A DNA stretch of 64,000 nt from a virus (lineage: Duplodnaviria; Caudoviricetes), in the IMG/VR virus record IMGVR_UViG_2710264778_000001, positions 96,001 through 160,000 of that record. One strand, given 5' to 3'. The translations under genes and the position numbers were made by a program. Each line of letters opens with the position of its first letter. Positions within the stretch are counted from its first letter, which is position 1. The notes below the pieces were generated by a model. The model was not told where the DNA came from, ran no database searches, and saw only the letters and a list, made by a program, of their open reading frames with translations. Below, piece by piece: positions 43,662-54,832 of this stretch.

Positions 43662-46322
43662 ATGTCAATTACAAAAATTAAACTTGGAAGTCTATTTATG
43701 AATAACTCCGCTGTACTTTTTGATACGGAAACTCCAGTTCAATATATAGATAATGCAACATTAGAATTAAAAAATGAAGTTACTAATTCTGCATACAATA
43801 TAGAATGGGTATCTTTTTCAGATGGAGTAAAAGAATTTTTATTATCAACTAGAAATATATTAACAAATATAAATTATGATACACTTAACATCCGTGCTTT
43901 TATTTCTGGAAATACAATAGTGACATTAAATTCTATAAAGTATAAGGTGAGACTATTAAGCACAGACGAATGGGATAAATATATTTGTAATTCAGCTAAT
44001 TTTACAAATTTATTATCGCCTACTACACAGGACAAAACAACAGGAGCATATACAGATAATACAATAGTGTCTAGTGACAGTAATACGTTATGGCATTGGT
44101 GGAAAATATCTAGTTTAACTCAAACTTTATCTGGAAATAATGTGGTTATACGTGGTAGTTCAACAATTAATGGAACAAATACAATTGATAAAAGCAATAA
44201 AAACGCAAATGTGGGTTTGCGTTTGCTTTTAGAAAAATATAATTCACCACCTACAATCAGCATTTCAAATTCAACACTAGGAAGTTTTTCGCAAAATTTT
44301 ACACTTCCATATACAGTAACTGATCCTGAGAATGATTTATTTAATGTGGTAGAACAATTAGATGGTATTACTATTAAAGAACTTAATAATCAAACTAGTA
44401 AAACTGAATTTACATTAACACTAGCTAATCAATGGAGTAATCTATCAGTAGGTAGACATGTTATAAATATATCTGTCACTGATAGCTATGATAATAATGT
44501 AACCAGACAATTAATATTTAATAAAATTGCAGTAGATAGTGGAACATCCGCGAACTTGACAAGACCTGTCATAATATTACCAATTAACTCTTCATCATTA
44601 AGGCCAATAGATGCAACAATAGATAACATAGTTAATTTTACTGTAACAGGAGGAGAACTATTCTACTCAAATGAAATAAATATAATATTAAATAGTTCTC
44701 AATCTTTAGTTTATAGTAAAAAAACAGAAAGTTTCGAATCTTCTATTACAGTGCCCAAAAATGTTTTAACTAATGGTAATGTATATCAAATTAAAATACG
44801 TACATATAATTCATTAGGTCAATATAGTGCTTGGTCAGATTCAGTATTAGTAAAAACTTTAACACCACCAGAGTTAATAATAACTTCTATTATAAATGGT
44901 AAAGTTGAAAGTCCTAATCCATTAATTATTGCTACTTATCATCAAGAAGAAAATGATAGCCTATATAAATATACATATAATTTATATAAAGATGGTGCTT
45001 TGATTGATAGTAGTGGTGTCTTATTTGATAATCTCTTACAATATCAATTTACTAATTTAGAAAACAAAACAACATATGTTGTAGAGTTAAAAGTAGAAAC
45101 TAGTAGTAATATGGAATATTCAATTTTCCAAGAATTCTATTGTATTTATCTACAATCAAAATTACCAGCAGTAATGAAGACAAGTAATGATTATAGGACT
45201 GGTTCTGTAAAAATAACAACATATGTTAGACAAATACTTGGTAGATTAGAAAGTGGAGATAAAATAACATATATAGATGGAGAATGGGCAGACATGCACA
45301 ATTCGGTTGCTATTTGGGATGCAGAATCTGCATTTAGATTAACAGGAAATTGGACTTGTAAAATATGGGCAAGAGATTTAGAAGATAATGGAGTAATGTT
45401 GATTAAATTTACTTTTGATGATGAAACATATGTTGAGTTAACTAGATGGTCAAATACATTTTACTTATCAAAATATGTAGCAGGTATAAAGCTATACGAA
45501 TTACATTCTACAATTCAAGGTGATATATTGTCTACAGATGAATTATACTTTTATATTCAAAATGATATTAATTTAGGGTTAATGAATTTCGATGCAAAAA
45601 GAATAACTGCTGGTAGAACAACATGGTTTATACCTAGTCATATAGAGGATAATCAACCACCATATTATACTGAAGGTGGATTTTTAACTAATTTTCAAGA
45701 TGATTTAAAAAATTTATTTGTTGATAACAAAATTAATGAAGAAAACATGAAAGTATATATTCCTACAATTGATGAAATGTTAAATGCAAATACAACATCG
45801 GCATTAGGCAAAGCAACAATAGGAACTATGTTGTTAAACTCTTCAAGTTACATAGAGTTAAAAGCAGATAAACCATATTTTACAAGAACTATAGACAATG
45901 TTGATAATTCAAAATTAAAAATATTTAATATAGATGGAACTATTGGAAGTGCGTTTCCAAATGAAAAATTGGGTGTTAGATTCGTTATAAAAATCCCTAA
46001 TACTGTAAAAGTAACAAATTTTAAAGATTCTATTGATAATTGCTACTTTATATCTATAAATGTTTTGAATCTATTTACAATTCGAAATATAGGTGAGTTA
46101 AATATTGGAGATAAGATAAAATCGTACTCAATAAAATATAATAATCAATTGATAAAGTTTACTGTATTAGCTAAAGAAAATGGTACAGTTTCTTTATTGT
46201 CAGATGTAATTAATACTTTAAAAGAATTTGATATATCTGAATCAAATTATATACATGGGAATACAGATTGGAATTTAAGTAACATAAAACAATGGTTAAA
46301 TTCTAATATAAAAATAGGCTAG
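43662..46322 (+). CDS. Multidomain tail protein (Ig/FN3-like domains and a permuted DUF6273-like C-terminus)
   Basis: NSPPTI...YTVTDPEND Ig-like unit; YQIKIRTY...YSAWS FN3-like unit; SNIKQWLNS. Confidence 0.6.
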   Translation: MSITKIKLGSLFMNNSAVLFDTETPVQYIDNATLELKNEVTNSAYNIEWVSFSDGVKEFLLSTRNILTNINYDTLNIRAFISGNTIVTLNSIKYKVRLLSTDEWDKYICNSANFTNLLSPTTQDKTTGAYTDNTIVSSDSNTLWHWWKISSLTQTLSGNNVVIRGSSTINGTNTIDKSNKNANVGLRLLLEKYNSPPTISISNSTLGSFSQNFTLPYTVTDPENDLFNVVEQLDGITIKELNNQTSKTEFTLTLANQWSNLSVGRHVINISVTDSYDNNVTRQLIFNKIAVDSGTSANLTRPVIILPINSSSLRPIDATIDNIVNFTVTGGELFYSNEINIILNSSQSLVYSKKTESFESSITVPKNVLTNGNVYQIKIRTYNSLGQYSAWSDSVLVKTLTPPELIITSIINGKVESPNPLIIATYHQEENDSLYKYTYNLYKDGALIDSSGVLFDNLLQYQFTNLENKTTYVVELKVETSSNMEYSIFQEFYCIYLQSKLPAVMKTSNDYRTGSVKITTYVRQILGRLESGDKITYIDGEWADMHNSVAIWDAESAFRLTGNWTCKIWARDLEDNGVMLIKFTFDDETYVELTRWSNTFYLSKYVAGIKLYELHSTIQGDILSTDELYFYIQNDINLGLMNFDAKRITAGRTTWFIPSHIEDNQPPYYTEGGFLTNFQDDLKNLFVDNKINEENMKVYIPTIDEMLNANTTSALGKATIGTMLLNSSSYIELKADKPYFTRTIDNVDNSKLKIFNIDGTIGSAFPNEKLGVRFVIKIPNTVKVTNFKDSIDNCYFISINVLNLFTIRNIGELNIGDKIKSYSIKYNNQLIKFTVLAKENGTVSLLSDVINTLKEFDISESNYIHGNTDWNLSNIKQWLNSNIKIG

Positions 46323-46368
46323 GCGAAAAAATCTTAGTCTATTTTTATATATAAATATAGAGGAGGAA

Positions 46369-48813
46369 ATGAGAATGGCAACAAATATGACAGACACAGA
46401 TGCATTAAGATATTCAAGTTTTACAACTGACGAAAATCTAACACCTGATGATTTCATTTTATATAAAGATATAGATAAAGATCATAAAGATATGATAAAA
46501 AGATATTATACCCTTAAGGATAAAACTTTTATTACTGATACAGAAAAATTGGAAATGACACAACTATTGACTAATTTAGAAGAATATATGATTACAAGTG
46601 ATGCATTTAACAAGTTATGCGCATGTGTTAGAACAATGCAAATGTTTATGAGAGATGGTATAGTAATTTTTATAGATCAACAAAAATCAGAATTAATAGA
46701 ACTAATGCAAAGTTATAAAAAAGTTGGCATATGGAGCAGTGAAATATCATATAAAATTGGAAATGTAGTTACCTATAGTGGATATTCATTTTTAAGTAAG
46801 ATAGGGAATAACTTAAATAATCCCCCAAATATAGAAGCTACTGAAGATGATTATTGGTTAAAGTTAACAATTAAAGGAGATAAAGGTGATCCTAGCTTAA
46901 ATATATCTATAAAAAAAGGTACTGATGGTTCTGCAAATTATGATAATACAGTTCTTTACAATACAGGTGATGCTTGCATATATGAACACAGATTATATTA
47001 TGCTTTAGTGAATGGAATTATTGGAATTACGCCTACAGATAATACAAAATGGGCATGTGCAGACAAAGTAGTAGTAGACGCAAAAGAACCAACAGACCAA
47101 TATGTTGTTTGGTGGGATACAAGTTCTGGTAATAATACTTTTAAAAGATATAATAATAATACAAATATATGGACAGAACAAAGTATAAAAGGCATGAATG
47201 TATCCTTGATAGATAATGGAAATAAATTTGTGAATAAAAATGTTGAAGGAGCATTAAGTCAATTGGCGACCAATAGTATTCCTTATGCTGTAACAACTGG
47301 TTTAACTAATAATTATTCGATAACATTGAATCCAGCTCCAAGTTTTTATTTTGATGGAATGCCTATATGTGTAAAAATAAATGTATCTAGTACAGGAGCG
47401 AGCACAATAAATGTTAATAATCTAGGCGCAAAAGCTATTAAAAAGGCTAATGGCAATAATGTTACTAATTTAATTGCTGGATCAATATATACAATGAGGT
47501 ACAATGGAACAAATTTTATCTTGCAGGGTGAGGGTGGAAGTGGAAATGCCATGCCATCAGATCTTCGCTCTGGGAAAATAGCTTCAACAGACAATGGAGA
47601 TATTGTAGGGACAGCTCCAGAACAACCTTCTGCAACTTATATTGTTGGAACGAGCGATCAGATTATTGCTTCAGGGAAAATACTTTCAGGTAATCAAATA
47701 ATAAAAGGGTATCCAGATTTGATACCACAAAACGTAGCTGAAGGTAAAAGGATAGGAAACATTGTTGGTGAGTTGCTTGTATTAGATATAAACAAAGGTG
47801 GAGTGTTGGTTGGGATACCATCTTTAAATATTGGGGAAACAATATTGGATGTTATAAAAATAGAAGATAATAATTTTTATTATGTTGATAAAAATTATTC
47901 TATAAAGTACTTTGATTATAAACCCAGAAAAATCACTACAGTTTCAAACGTATCTGTACTTAACCCCTATAGTGGAAGTTTTATTGATTCTGGTGTATTG
48001 AAAGGGGTAACTAAAGATTATTATATAATTGGCACTCTTATTTTAGATAAAAATTTTAATCTAATTCGTAATTTAGCTGATATTAATAGTAATTTAAAGA
48101 ATTTTAAATATGACGTTATAATAGATCCATATGATAATTTGAATAATAGGATTTATATAAAAATATATTTTATATATAGTGGATCGGGATATCAGTATAA
48201 TTCTGAATCAATAATATCATATGATATTGATACGAATACATCTAGATCGATAGCATCAGTTGGTACTGGAAGTGGATGGGGATCTGTTTCAACTGTATTC
48301 AAAAACAGAGTTATAGTTGGAAATGATGTAAGTGATAGTGATAGTGATGTATATAAAATTATATATACTGCGCGGGATATAGATACAGGCGACACTATTA
48401 CACTAAAAACAGATCAATGGATTAATAGTAGGCATACCCAACAAAATCAATTACATACAAAATATTACACATGTACAAACTCAAAGAGACTAGTTGAATT
48501 AGCATGGTCTAAAGAAGATACAACAGGAACAAATACACATGATAATGTTATATATATGGCATATACAGTATATAATGATTATGGAAATGGATATTATAGT
48601 TTCAGGTCACCAATTTATAATGATTATGGTGATGCGGTTGAAATCGGGAAATTAGCCAAAATCGTATATAATAACAATATTGAAACATATATAGATAAAG
48701 ATATGTTTACATTAAGAAGTTCGACAATGAAAACAAGTCTAGGTGAAACATATTTAGCTTTTAGTAAAAATTTTATTATATGTTCTTCGGGAAATCTATA
48801 TTTATATAATTAA
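46369..48813 (+). CDS. Tail fibre or receptor-binding protein
   Basis: YKIGNVV.Y units, KGDKGD, and the fibre motif YNGTNFILQGEGGSG; divergent C-terminus. Confidence 0.65.
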   Translation: MRMATNMTDTDALRYSSFTTDENLTPDDFILYKDIDKDHKDMIKRYYTLKDKTFITDTEKLEMTQLLTNLEEYMITSDAFNKLCACVRTMQMFMRDGIVIFIDQQKSELIELMQSYKKVGIWSSEISYKIGNVVTYSGYSFLSKIGNNLNNPPNIEATEDDYWLKLTIKGDKGDPSLNISIKKGTDGSANYDNTVLYNTGDACIYEHRLYYALVNGIIGITPTDNTKWACADKVVVDAKEPTDQYVVWWDTSSGNNTFKRYNNNTNIWTEQSIKGMNVSLIDNGNKFVNKNVEGALSQLATNSIPYAVTTGLTNNYSITLNPAPSFYFDGMPICVKINVSSTGASTINVNNLGAKAIKKANGNNVTNLIAGSIYTMRYNGTNFILQGEGGSGNAMPSDLRSGKIASTDNGDIVGTAPEQPSATYIVGTSDQIIASGKILSGNQIIKGYPDLIPQNVAEGKRIGNIVGELLVLDINKGGVLVGIPSLNIGETILDVIKIEDNNFYYVDKNYSIKYFDYKPRKITTVSNVSVLNPYSGSFIDSGVLKGVTKDYYIIGTLILDKNFNLIRNLADINSNLKNFKYDVIIDPYDNLNNRIYIKIYFIYSGSGYQYNSESIISYDIDTNTSRSIASVGTGSGWGSVSTVFKNRVIVGNDVSDSDSDVYKIIYTARDIDTGDTITLKTDQWINSRHTQQNQLHTKYYTCTNSKRLVELAWSKEDTTGTNTHDNVIYMAYTVYNDYGNGYYSFRSPIYNDYGDAVEIGKLAKIVYNNNIETYIDKDMFTLRSSTMKTSLGETYLAFSKNFIICSSGNLYLYN

Positions 48814-48854
48814 AAACAATGAATTATACATTATATTAGGAGGTGAAATAGTTT

Positions 48855-49769
48855 ATGTTTCTGAATATGGAAGGATTTAATGACGGTTCTCCTTTTCTAT
48901 GGAATTGTTATACTGTACCAAAAGTAGATGCTATAAGAGTTTCAAATGGTATATATGATGAAATAAAAATAGATGAAACTTTAGATATAGAAAATTCTAT
49001 AGAAAAAGATGTATGGACTTTGGACACAGCCTTTGATGCTAAATTCCAAAATAATTTAGAAGCTGGCAATATAGGAAGTGGACTGCCAATTCAATACATT
49101 AGATTTAAACGTAGAAAAGTTGGTGAATTAAACTGGGAAGTGATGGTGGATGTTCCATTTGATAAAAATATTGAAAATTATGATATTATAGATTACTTGA
49201 TAGAAAATGCTGTAGATATTGAATATTGCTTAGTACCTCTTGTTCAGTTTATTGAAGGACAAGGGGTATCAAGTATAGTAACAACAGATTATAAAAGCTT
49301 GTTTTTAACTGGAAGAGATGAAAGCAATATATTACAGAATTATCCTTTACGATTTGATGAAAAAGCAAGTGATATAACAATAAATATGGATAAAACTATA
49401 CAAAAAACTCTTTCAAGCAAGTATCCAGCAATTCTCTGTGGTGAAAGTCAATATTTGAGTGGAAGTATTGCAGTAAAATTAGTTAGTCCTACAACTGAGG
49501 ATAATCAAGGGAGAATTGATATGAAAGCAGAAAAAGCATATCGAGAATCTTTCGAGACATTTATTTCTAGTGGACATCCAATTTTAATTAGAAATCACTC
49601 AATGTATATTTTAGGAACAATTCAAGAGCCAAAGAAAAATCCAGCTTTTGATGAAGAAGTAGCATTTGGTATTTATGATTATACTATGGCTTTTACCGAA
49701 GTAAACAATGCTAAAGATTTAGAAGTACTAAAAAGCAACGGATTAGTTTATACGGTTACAACAAATTAA
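48855..49769 (+). CDS. Baseplate or distal tail-like protein
   Basis: Position; TLSSKYP..Y.SG motif. Confidence 0.45.
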   Translation: MFLNMEGFNDGSPFLWNCYTVPKVDAIRVSNGIYDEIKIDETLDIENSIEKDVWTLDTAFDAKFQNNLEAGNIGSGLPIQYIRFKRRKVGELNWEVMVDVPFDKNIENYDIIDYLIENAVDIEYCLVPLVQFIEGQGVSSIVTTDYKSLFLTGRDESNILQNYPLRFDEKASDITINMDKTIQKTLSSKYPAILCGESQYLSGSIAVKLVSPTTEDNQGRIDMKAEKAYRESFETFISSGHPILIRNHSMYILGTIQEPKKNPAFDEEVAFGIYDYTMAFTEVNNAKDLEVLKSNGLVYTVTTN

Positions 49770-49795
49770 AATTTAACAATAAAGGAGGTTAAATA

Positions 49796-52633
49796 ATGAC
49801 ATTATCCTTAAATAAGATAAATAAAAAAAATGGTGAACTTTTTACTGAAAATGATGTAAATAAAATAGATATAAATATGCAGATGATTCAAGACATGGTT
49901 AACACTTTACCAACATCAGCAGTAAAAGAAGTGATATCTAGTGAAATTAATGGGAATATAGTTGTAGATGGTGTTGAAACACAAGTTTATGTTCATCCTA
50001 GTGGAACCAATCCGCATGGTACAACTAAAACTGATGTTGGATTAGGTAATGTGGATAATACAAGTGATTTATCTAAACCAATTTCAACATCAACACAAAA
50101 TGCTTTAGATGAAAAAGTAGATAAAATTGTAGGTAAACAATTATCAACTGAGGATTATACAACTATTGAAAAGAATAAACTAGCTAACTTATTTAATTAT
50201 GATCATACAAATGTCGATAATCATATGGCTAACACAATAATACATGTTACTCAAGCTGACAAAGATTTATATTCTGATAAATATACAAAAAATGAAGTTG
50301 ACAATAAAATAAGTGCAGTAGTAACCAGTCTAGATTACAAGGAGCATGTGGCGACATTTGATGATTTAAATACTATCTATACAAACGCTCAAGAAGGTTG
50401 GACAGTAAGTGTAGACGATGATAATATTACTTATAAATATAGTGACGGGACTTGGATTCCTATTAGTGCAAATTCTATTCCTTTAGCTTCATCTAGCGTT
50501 GATGGCAAAATGTCAAAACAAGATAAAATAAAAGTTGATTCTATTACAGGAACAAACACAGGAGACGAAACACAAAATACAATAAAGACAAAGCTTGGAA
50601 GTGCTTCAAATTCTAGTGATGGTTATTTAACATCTACTGATTGGAATACTTTTAATAATAAAGCTAAAGTTAATGATATTTTATCAACTTCAATAAATGA
50701 CACATATTCAATAGATAAAATAGTATCATTATTAGCTAATAAACAAAATAAAATATATTTACAAAATACTCAACCGACTGATTTAGTTGATAAATTATTA
50801 TGGATACAAACAGGAATTACTCCATTATTGTTTTGGGAATATGATTCATCTACTACAAGTTTTAAACAAATTGGTTCTTCTGGTGGAGGTATAAGTATTG
50901 ATGACTGGATAAGTGGACAAAATTATAACCTAAAAGATTTTGTGATCAATAACTTAAATCTTTTTAGATGTAAAGTAGCAAATTCAGATACGAATTTTGA
51001 TTCTAGTAAATGGGATGAAATAGGAGGCGGATCTAGTTCAGGTGCAAGTGGAGTTGGACAAAGCACTGGTGGAATTGGTTCAGAAATTTTTAATGACTAT
51101 GTAAATAATACGATAAGTGGACAATATTCTCATGCAGAAGGTACACATAATATAATTAATGGTGATGTATCACATGTGGAAGGGAAAAATAATGTAATAA
51201 ACGCACCGAATTCTCATATATCAGGAACTTATAATTTAATTACCCCTGATATTAGTTCTCCAATAGCAGTAGTTGACACTCCATCTGCTACAGCAACAAG
51301 TATTTTTATTGTCAATACTGTTAGTGGTTTTACAGTTGGACAACAGGTTTGGACTTTTTCTTTAGCAGGAAATGGTCATAACAAGGCATCTATAACAGCA
51401 ATTGATACTACTACTAAAAAAATAACCTTAGATAGTTCCTTAGTATATTTAAAATATATAATTGGAATAACAAACAATAATGATGCAATGATAAATACGA
51501 TAGATGGTGGACAAAATTTACTTATTGGTAAATATTCAAAAATTTCAGGGTATCAAAATTATGGTAAAGCATTATACACTGAAATTGGAGGATACAATAA
51601 TACAGTTACTGCTGATTATGTGCATGTAAAAGGTTTTAATAATAAAGCACTAACACAATTTTCACATATAGAAGGGTATGGAAATTTGATACAATCTGGT
51701 TCAAATTCTCATCTTGAAGGAAATAATAATATTGCTAATGGAGAGTCTATTCACATTGAGGGTACAAGTAATCAGGTGACAGGAGCATATTCAAATGCAG
51801 AAGGGGCATACAATTTGATAAACTCATCTTATTCATCAGCATATGGTTACTATAACATAACCAATAATCTAGGATCGACTGTAATGGGACAGTATTGTAA
51901 AACTCCAGTTCAATATAACAATGGGACATCTTTTAGTTCATCTGCCGATGCCCTAACTATTGGCTGTGGAACATCTGATACGTCAAGAGCTAATGCTTTT
52001 AGAGCTACATTTGCTGGTAAATTATACTGTTTGCAAGCATATTCTTCAACAGGCGCGGATTATGCTGAATGGTTTGAATGGTTAGATGATAACGAATTAA
52101 GTGAAGATAGAGTTGGTAAGTTTGTAACATTAATTGGAGATAGAATCAGAATAGCAAATTCAACTGATGATTATATATTGGGAATAGTTTCAGGAAATCC
52201 TTCTGTTATTGGAGATGCGCAAGATGATAGTTGGGTAGATATGTATGTAAGAGATGAGTTTGGACGATTACAATATGAAGACGTTGAAGTTGAAGCAGTA
52301 ACTAAAGTCATCCCAGAAATTTCAGAAATAATTGATGGTGAAAAAGTAATAATAAAACCTGAAGAAAAAATAGTTATTAAGCCAGCAGGAATAGAGCATA
52401 GAATAAAGCTAAATCCAGAATATGATTCATCAAAAGAATATATTCCTAGAAGCCAACGAAAAGAATGGAGTTGTGTAGGAATGATGGGAAAATTAATTGT
52501 TTATGATGATGGCACTTGTGAGGTTAATGGTTATTGTAAATCTGGTGATAATGGAATTGCAACAAAATCGGAGAGTGGATATAGGGTTATGAAAAGAGTA
52601 TCTAATAATATAGTTCAAGTATTGGTTAAATAA
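49796..52633 (+). CDS. Tail spike with YadA-like repeats and a C-terminal Peptidase_G2-like intramolecular chaperone
   Basis: NPHG.TK.DVGLGNVDNTSD; SHAEG..N repeats; GADYAEWFEW...YIPRSQRKEWS.VGMMGKL.V.DDGTC. Confidence 0.85.
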   Translation: MTLSLNKINKKNGELFTENDVNKIDINMQMIQDMVNTLPTSAVKEVISSEINGNIVVDGVETQVYVHPSGTNPHGTTKTDVGLGNVDNTSDLSKPISTSTQNALDEKVDKIVGKQLSTEDYTTIEKNKLANLFNYDHTNVDNHMANTIIHVTQADKDLYSDKYTKNEVDNKISAVVTSLDYKEHVATFDDLNTIYTNAQEGWTVSVDDDNITYKYSDGTWIPISANSIPLASSSVDGKMSKQDKIKVDSITGTNTGDETQNTIKTKLGSASNSSDGYLTSTDWNTFNNKAKVNDILSTSINDTYSIDKIVSLLANKQNKIYLQNTQPTDLVDKLLWIQTGITPLLFWEYDSSTTSFKQIGSSGGGISIDDWISGQNYNLKDFVINNLNLFRCKVANSDTNFDSSKWDEIGGGSSSGASGVGQSTGGIGSEIFNDYVNNTISGQYSHAEGTHNIINGDVSHVEGKNNVINAPNSHISGTYNLITPDISSPIAVVDTPSATATSIFIVNTVSGFTVGQQVWTFSLAGNGHNKASITAIDTTTKKITLDSSLVYLKYIIGITNNNDAMINTIDGGQNLLIGKYSKISGYQNYGKALYTEIGGYNNTVTADYVHVKGFNNKALTQFSHIEGYGNLIQSGSNSHLEGNNNIANGESIHIEGTSNQVTGAYSNAEGAYNLINSSYSSAYGYYNITNNLGSTVMGQYCKTPVQYNNGTSFSSSADALTIGCGTSDTSRANAFRATFAGKLYCLQAYSSTGADYAEWFEWLDDNELSEDRVGKFVTLIGDRIRIANSTDDYILGIVSGNPSVIGDAQDDSWVDMYVRDEFGRLQYEDVEVEAVTKVIPEISEIIDGEKVIIKPEEKIVIKPAGIEHRIKLNPEYDSSKEYIPRSQRKEWSCVGMMGKLIVYDDGTCEVNGYCKSGDNGIATKSESGYRVMKRVSNNIVQVLVK
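50705..50755 (+). repeat. 51-bp exact direct repeat, copy 1
   Basis: Identical to 59321-59371; encodes YSIDKIVSLLANKQNKI. Confidence 0.9.
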
Positions 52634-52653
52634 ATAAAAAAGGAGACGATAAT

Positions 52654-53688
52654 ATGGGATATATTAAAGGGATTGATATATCAAATAATGATGGACAAGT
52701 AGATTTTAGTAAAATTGCTAATGATGGTGTTCAATATGTGTACTTGAAGGCCACAGAAGGCAAATCATTTAAAGATAGTTATATGGATGGCTTTTATAAT
52801 GGAGCTAAAGCACAAGGTTTAAAGCTAGGTTCATATCATTTTTTGGTTGGTACTAGCAGTCCCGAAGAACAAGCACAGAATTTTTATATTAAAATTAAAG
52901 ACTATAGTTGGGATCTAGTACCTATGATGGATATTGAAACGAATTTTGATGGATTATCTGATTATGTTGTAAGATTTATAAATGCATTTAAACAATTAAG
53001 TCCATTACAATTAGGTATATACAGTTATACAGGTTTTATTGATTATATCTCAGATATTAGTGAGACAATTAAAGGTATGCCTTTCTGGGAAGCTAATTAT
53101 AATAATAATCCTTGGTCATTAAAAGATAATTTCTTTACAAATAGAATAGGTCATCAATATACTGAAACAGGTGTTATTAGTGGAGTTAATTGTAATTGTG
53201 ATGTTAATTCTTTTACTGAAGGAGTTCTATTAAATAATACTTCAAAGTCTGGTCAATGGATAACAAATGATAAAGGACAATGGTGGTATAAACATGACGA
53301 TGGAAGTTATACAACTAATGGATGGGAATATATTAACGGTAAATGGTATATGTTCGATTCACAAGGTTGGATGCTTTATGATTGGAAACAGGATGGTAAC
53401 GGATATTGGTATTATCTTGGGGATTCTCAAGACGGTTCAATGAAATCAGGATGGTTATTAAAAAATTCTAAATGGTTCTATCTTGCTGATAATGGTCAAA
53501 TGTTAGTTGGTTGGCAAAAGATAAAAAATAATTGGTATTATTTTTATGAAGATGGAACTATGGCAGTTGGTTGGTTTAAAGATACTAAAGGAAATAGTTA
53601 TCTTACATATTCTACTGGTGAATTAATAACTAATATAGACATCTATAGATATCATTTTGATAAAGATGGACATCCAAATAAATTATAA
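52654..53688 (+). CDS. Endolysin: GH25 muramidase plus cell-wall-binding repeats
   Basis: GIDIS, YLKATEG, GSYHF, DIE, HQYTETG; GW....KWY repeats. Confidence 0.92.
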   Translation: MGYIKGIDISNNDGQVDFSKIANDGVQYVYLKATEGKSFKDSYMDGFYNGAKAQGLKLGSYHFLVGTSSPEEQAQNFYIKIKDYSWDLVPMMDIETNFDGLSDYVVRFINAFKQLSPLQLGIYSYTGFIDYISDISETIKGMPFWEANYNNNPWSLKDNFFTNRIGHQYTETGVISGVNCNCDVNSFTEGVLLNNTSKSGQWITNDKGQWWYKHDDGSYTTNGWEYINGKWYMFDSQGWMLYDWKQDGNGYWYYLGDSQDGSMKSGWLLKNSKWFYLADNGQMLVGWQKIKNNWYYFYEDGTMAVGWFKDTKGNSYLTYSTGELITNIDIYRYHFDKDGHPNKL

Positions 53689-53753
53689 AAATAAAATATA
53701 AATAATATAAAGTTATGCCAAAACGTAAAGGCAATTTTAAGGAGGAAAATTTT

Positions 53754-54557
53754 ATGGAAATTTTACAACAACAAACTTCACAAATGTTAGAAATTATTAT
53801 AGGAGGTCTATTCAGTGCATTATTAGCATTTGGACTAGTATATGCAAAAAAAGGATTTGCTTATTTAAAACTAAAAGCTAATTCTATTCAGGATTCAGAT
53901 GCAAGAGCAATAGTTCAGAAAACATTAGACAATCTAGATAAAATATTAATAACTAATATCACATCAGCAGATTCAACTTTAAAACCAATTATATTAAAAG
54001 ATGTTGCTGATGGAAAAGTTACTAAAGATGAATTAAATTCTTTGGCTGATACAGTTAAAAATAATACATTAAAACAATTAGGAAATGATAGTCTCAATGT
54101 ATTAAATGAATCTTTAGGTGATGTTAATGGTTATATATCTAATCGAATGGAAAAATTATTAGCAGATTTGAAAGTTGATGAAACTTCAAGTGTAACTAAA
54201 ACTATAATTCCAGAAATACCTCAAGAAGTAAAAGATACTGAAACTTTAAAAGCACAAAATGCTGAATTAACAAGTCAGTTACAACAATCTCAAACAGAAA
54301 AAGATAGTTTATCTCAACAATTATCAGAGTTACAAGAAGCTAAAAGACTATCAGAACAATCATGGCAAGATTTAGCTAATCAAGTAAGTTCATTATCTAC
54401 TGACAATCAAAATTTAAAAGCTAAATTAGATTCAATAACACAAGTTGTACAACCAATAGTAACAGCTCCAGTAACTCAAGCTGTAGATAATACAAATGCT
54501 ACAGTTGATACAACTCAAATTCAACCAACAGATAATCAAACAACAGTAACACAATAG
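53754..54557 (+). CDS. Holin-like protein with long C-terminal coiled-coil extension
   Basis: One N-terminal TM helix, adjacent to the endolysin; DGKVTKDE; AAGGAGG RBS. Confidence 0.6.
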   Translation: MEILQQQTSQMLEIIIGGLFSALLAFGLVYAKKGFAYLKLKANSIQDSDARAIVQKTLDNLDKILITNITSADSTLKPIILKDVADGKVTKDELNSLADTVKNNTLKQLGNDSLNVLNESLGDVNGYISNRMEKLLADLKVDETSSVTKTIIPEIPQEVKDTETLKAQNAELTSQLQQSQTEKDSLSQQLSELQEAKRLSEQSWQDLANQVSSLSTDNQNLKAKLDSITQVVQPIVTAPVTQAVDNTNATVDTTQIQPTDNQTTVTQ

Positions 54558-54832
54558 GAATAAAATATAATTAAGAATAGAACTTAAAATCTGAAATTTA
54601 TTGGGATTTTTAATTTTAAGAATGAGACTATGACTGGGTTCTAGGAATTCGGTTATGGTCTTTTTATTATGTTTATTTTTAATTAAGTTCATCCCTTTGG
54701 GTGGATTTATAAAAAATAAAATAACAGATAGATAGGAAGTCATGAGCCTATTGATAAGAAAGGAAATCCTTACCCTTTCTTCTGTTGTTAAATAAAGTAA
54801 GGAAATATATTAGTGTAAGGAGTAATATAAAA

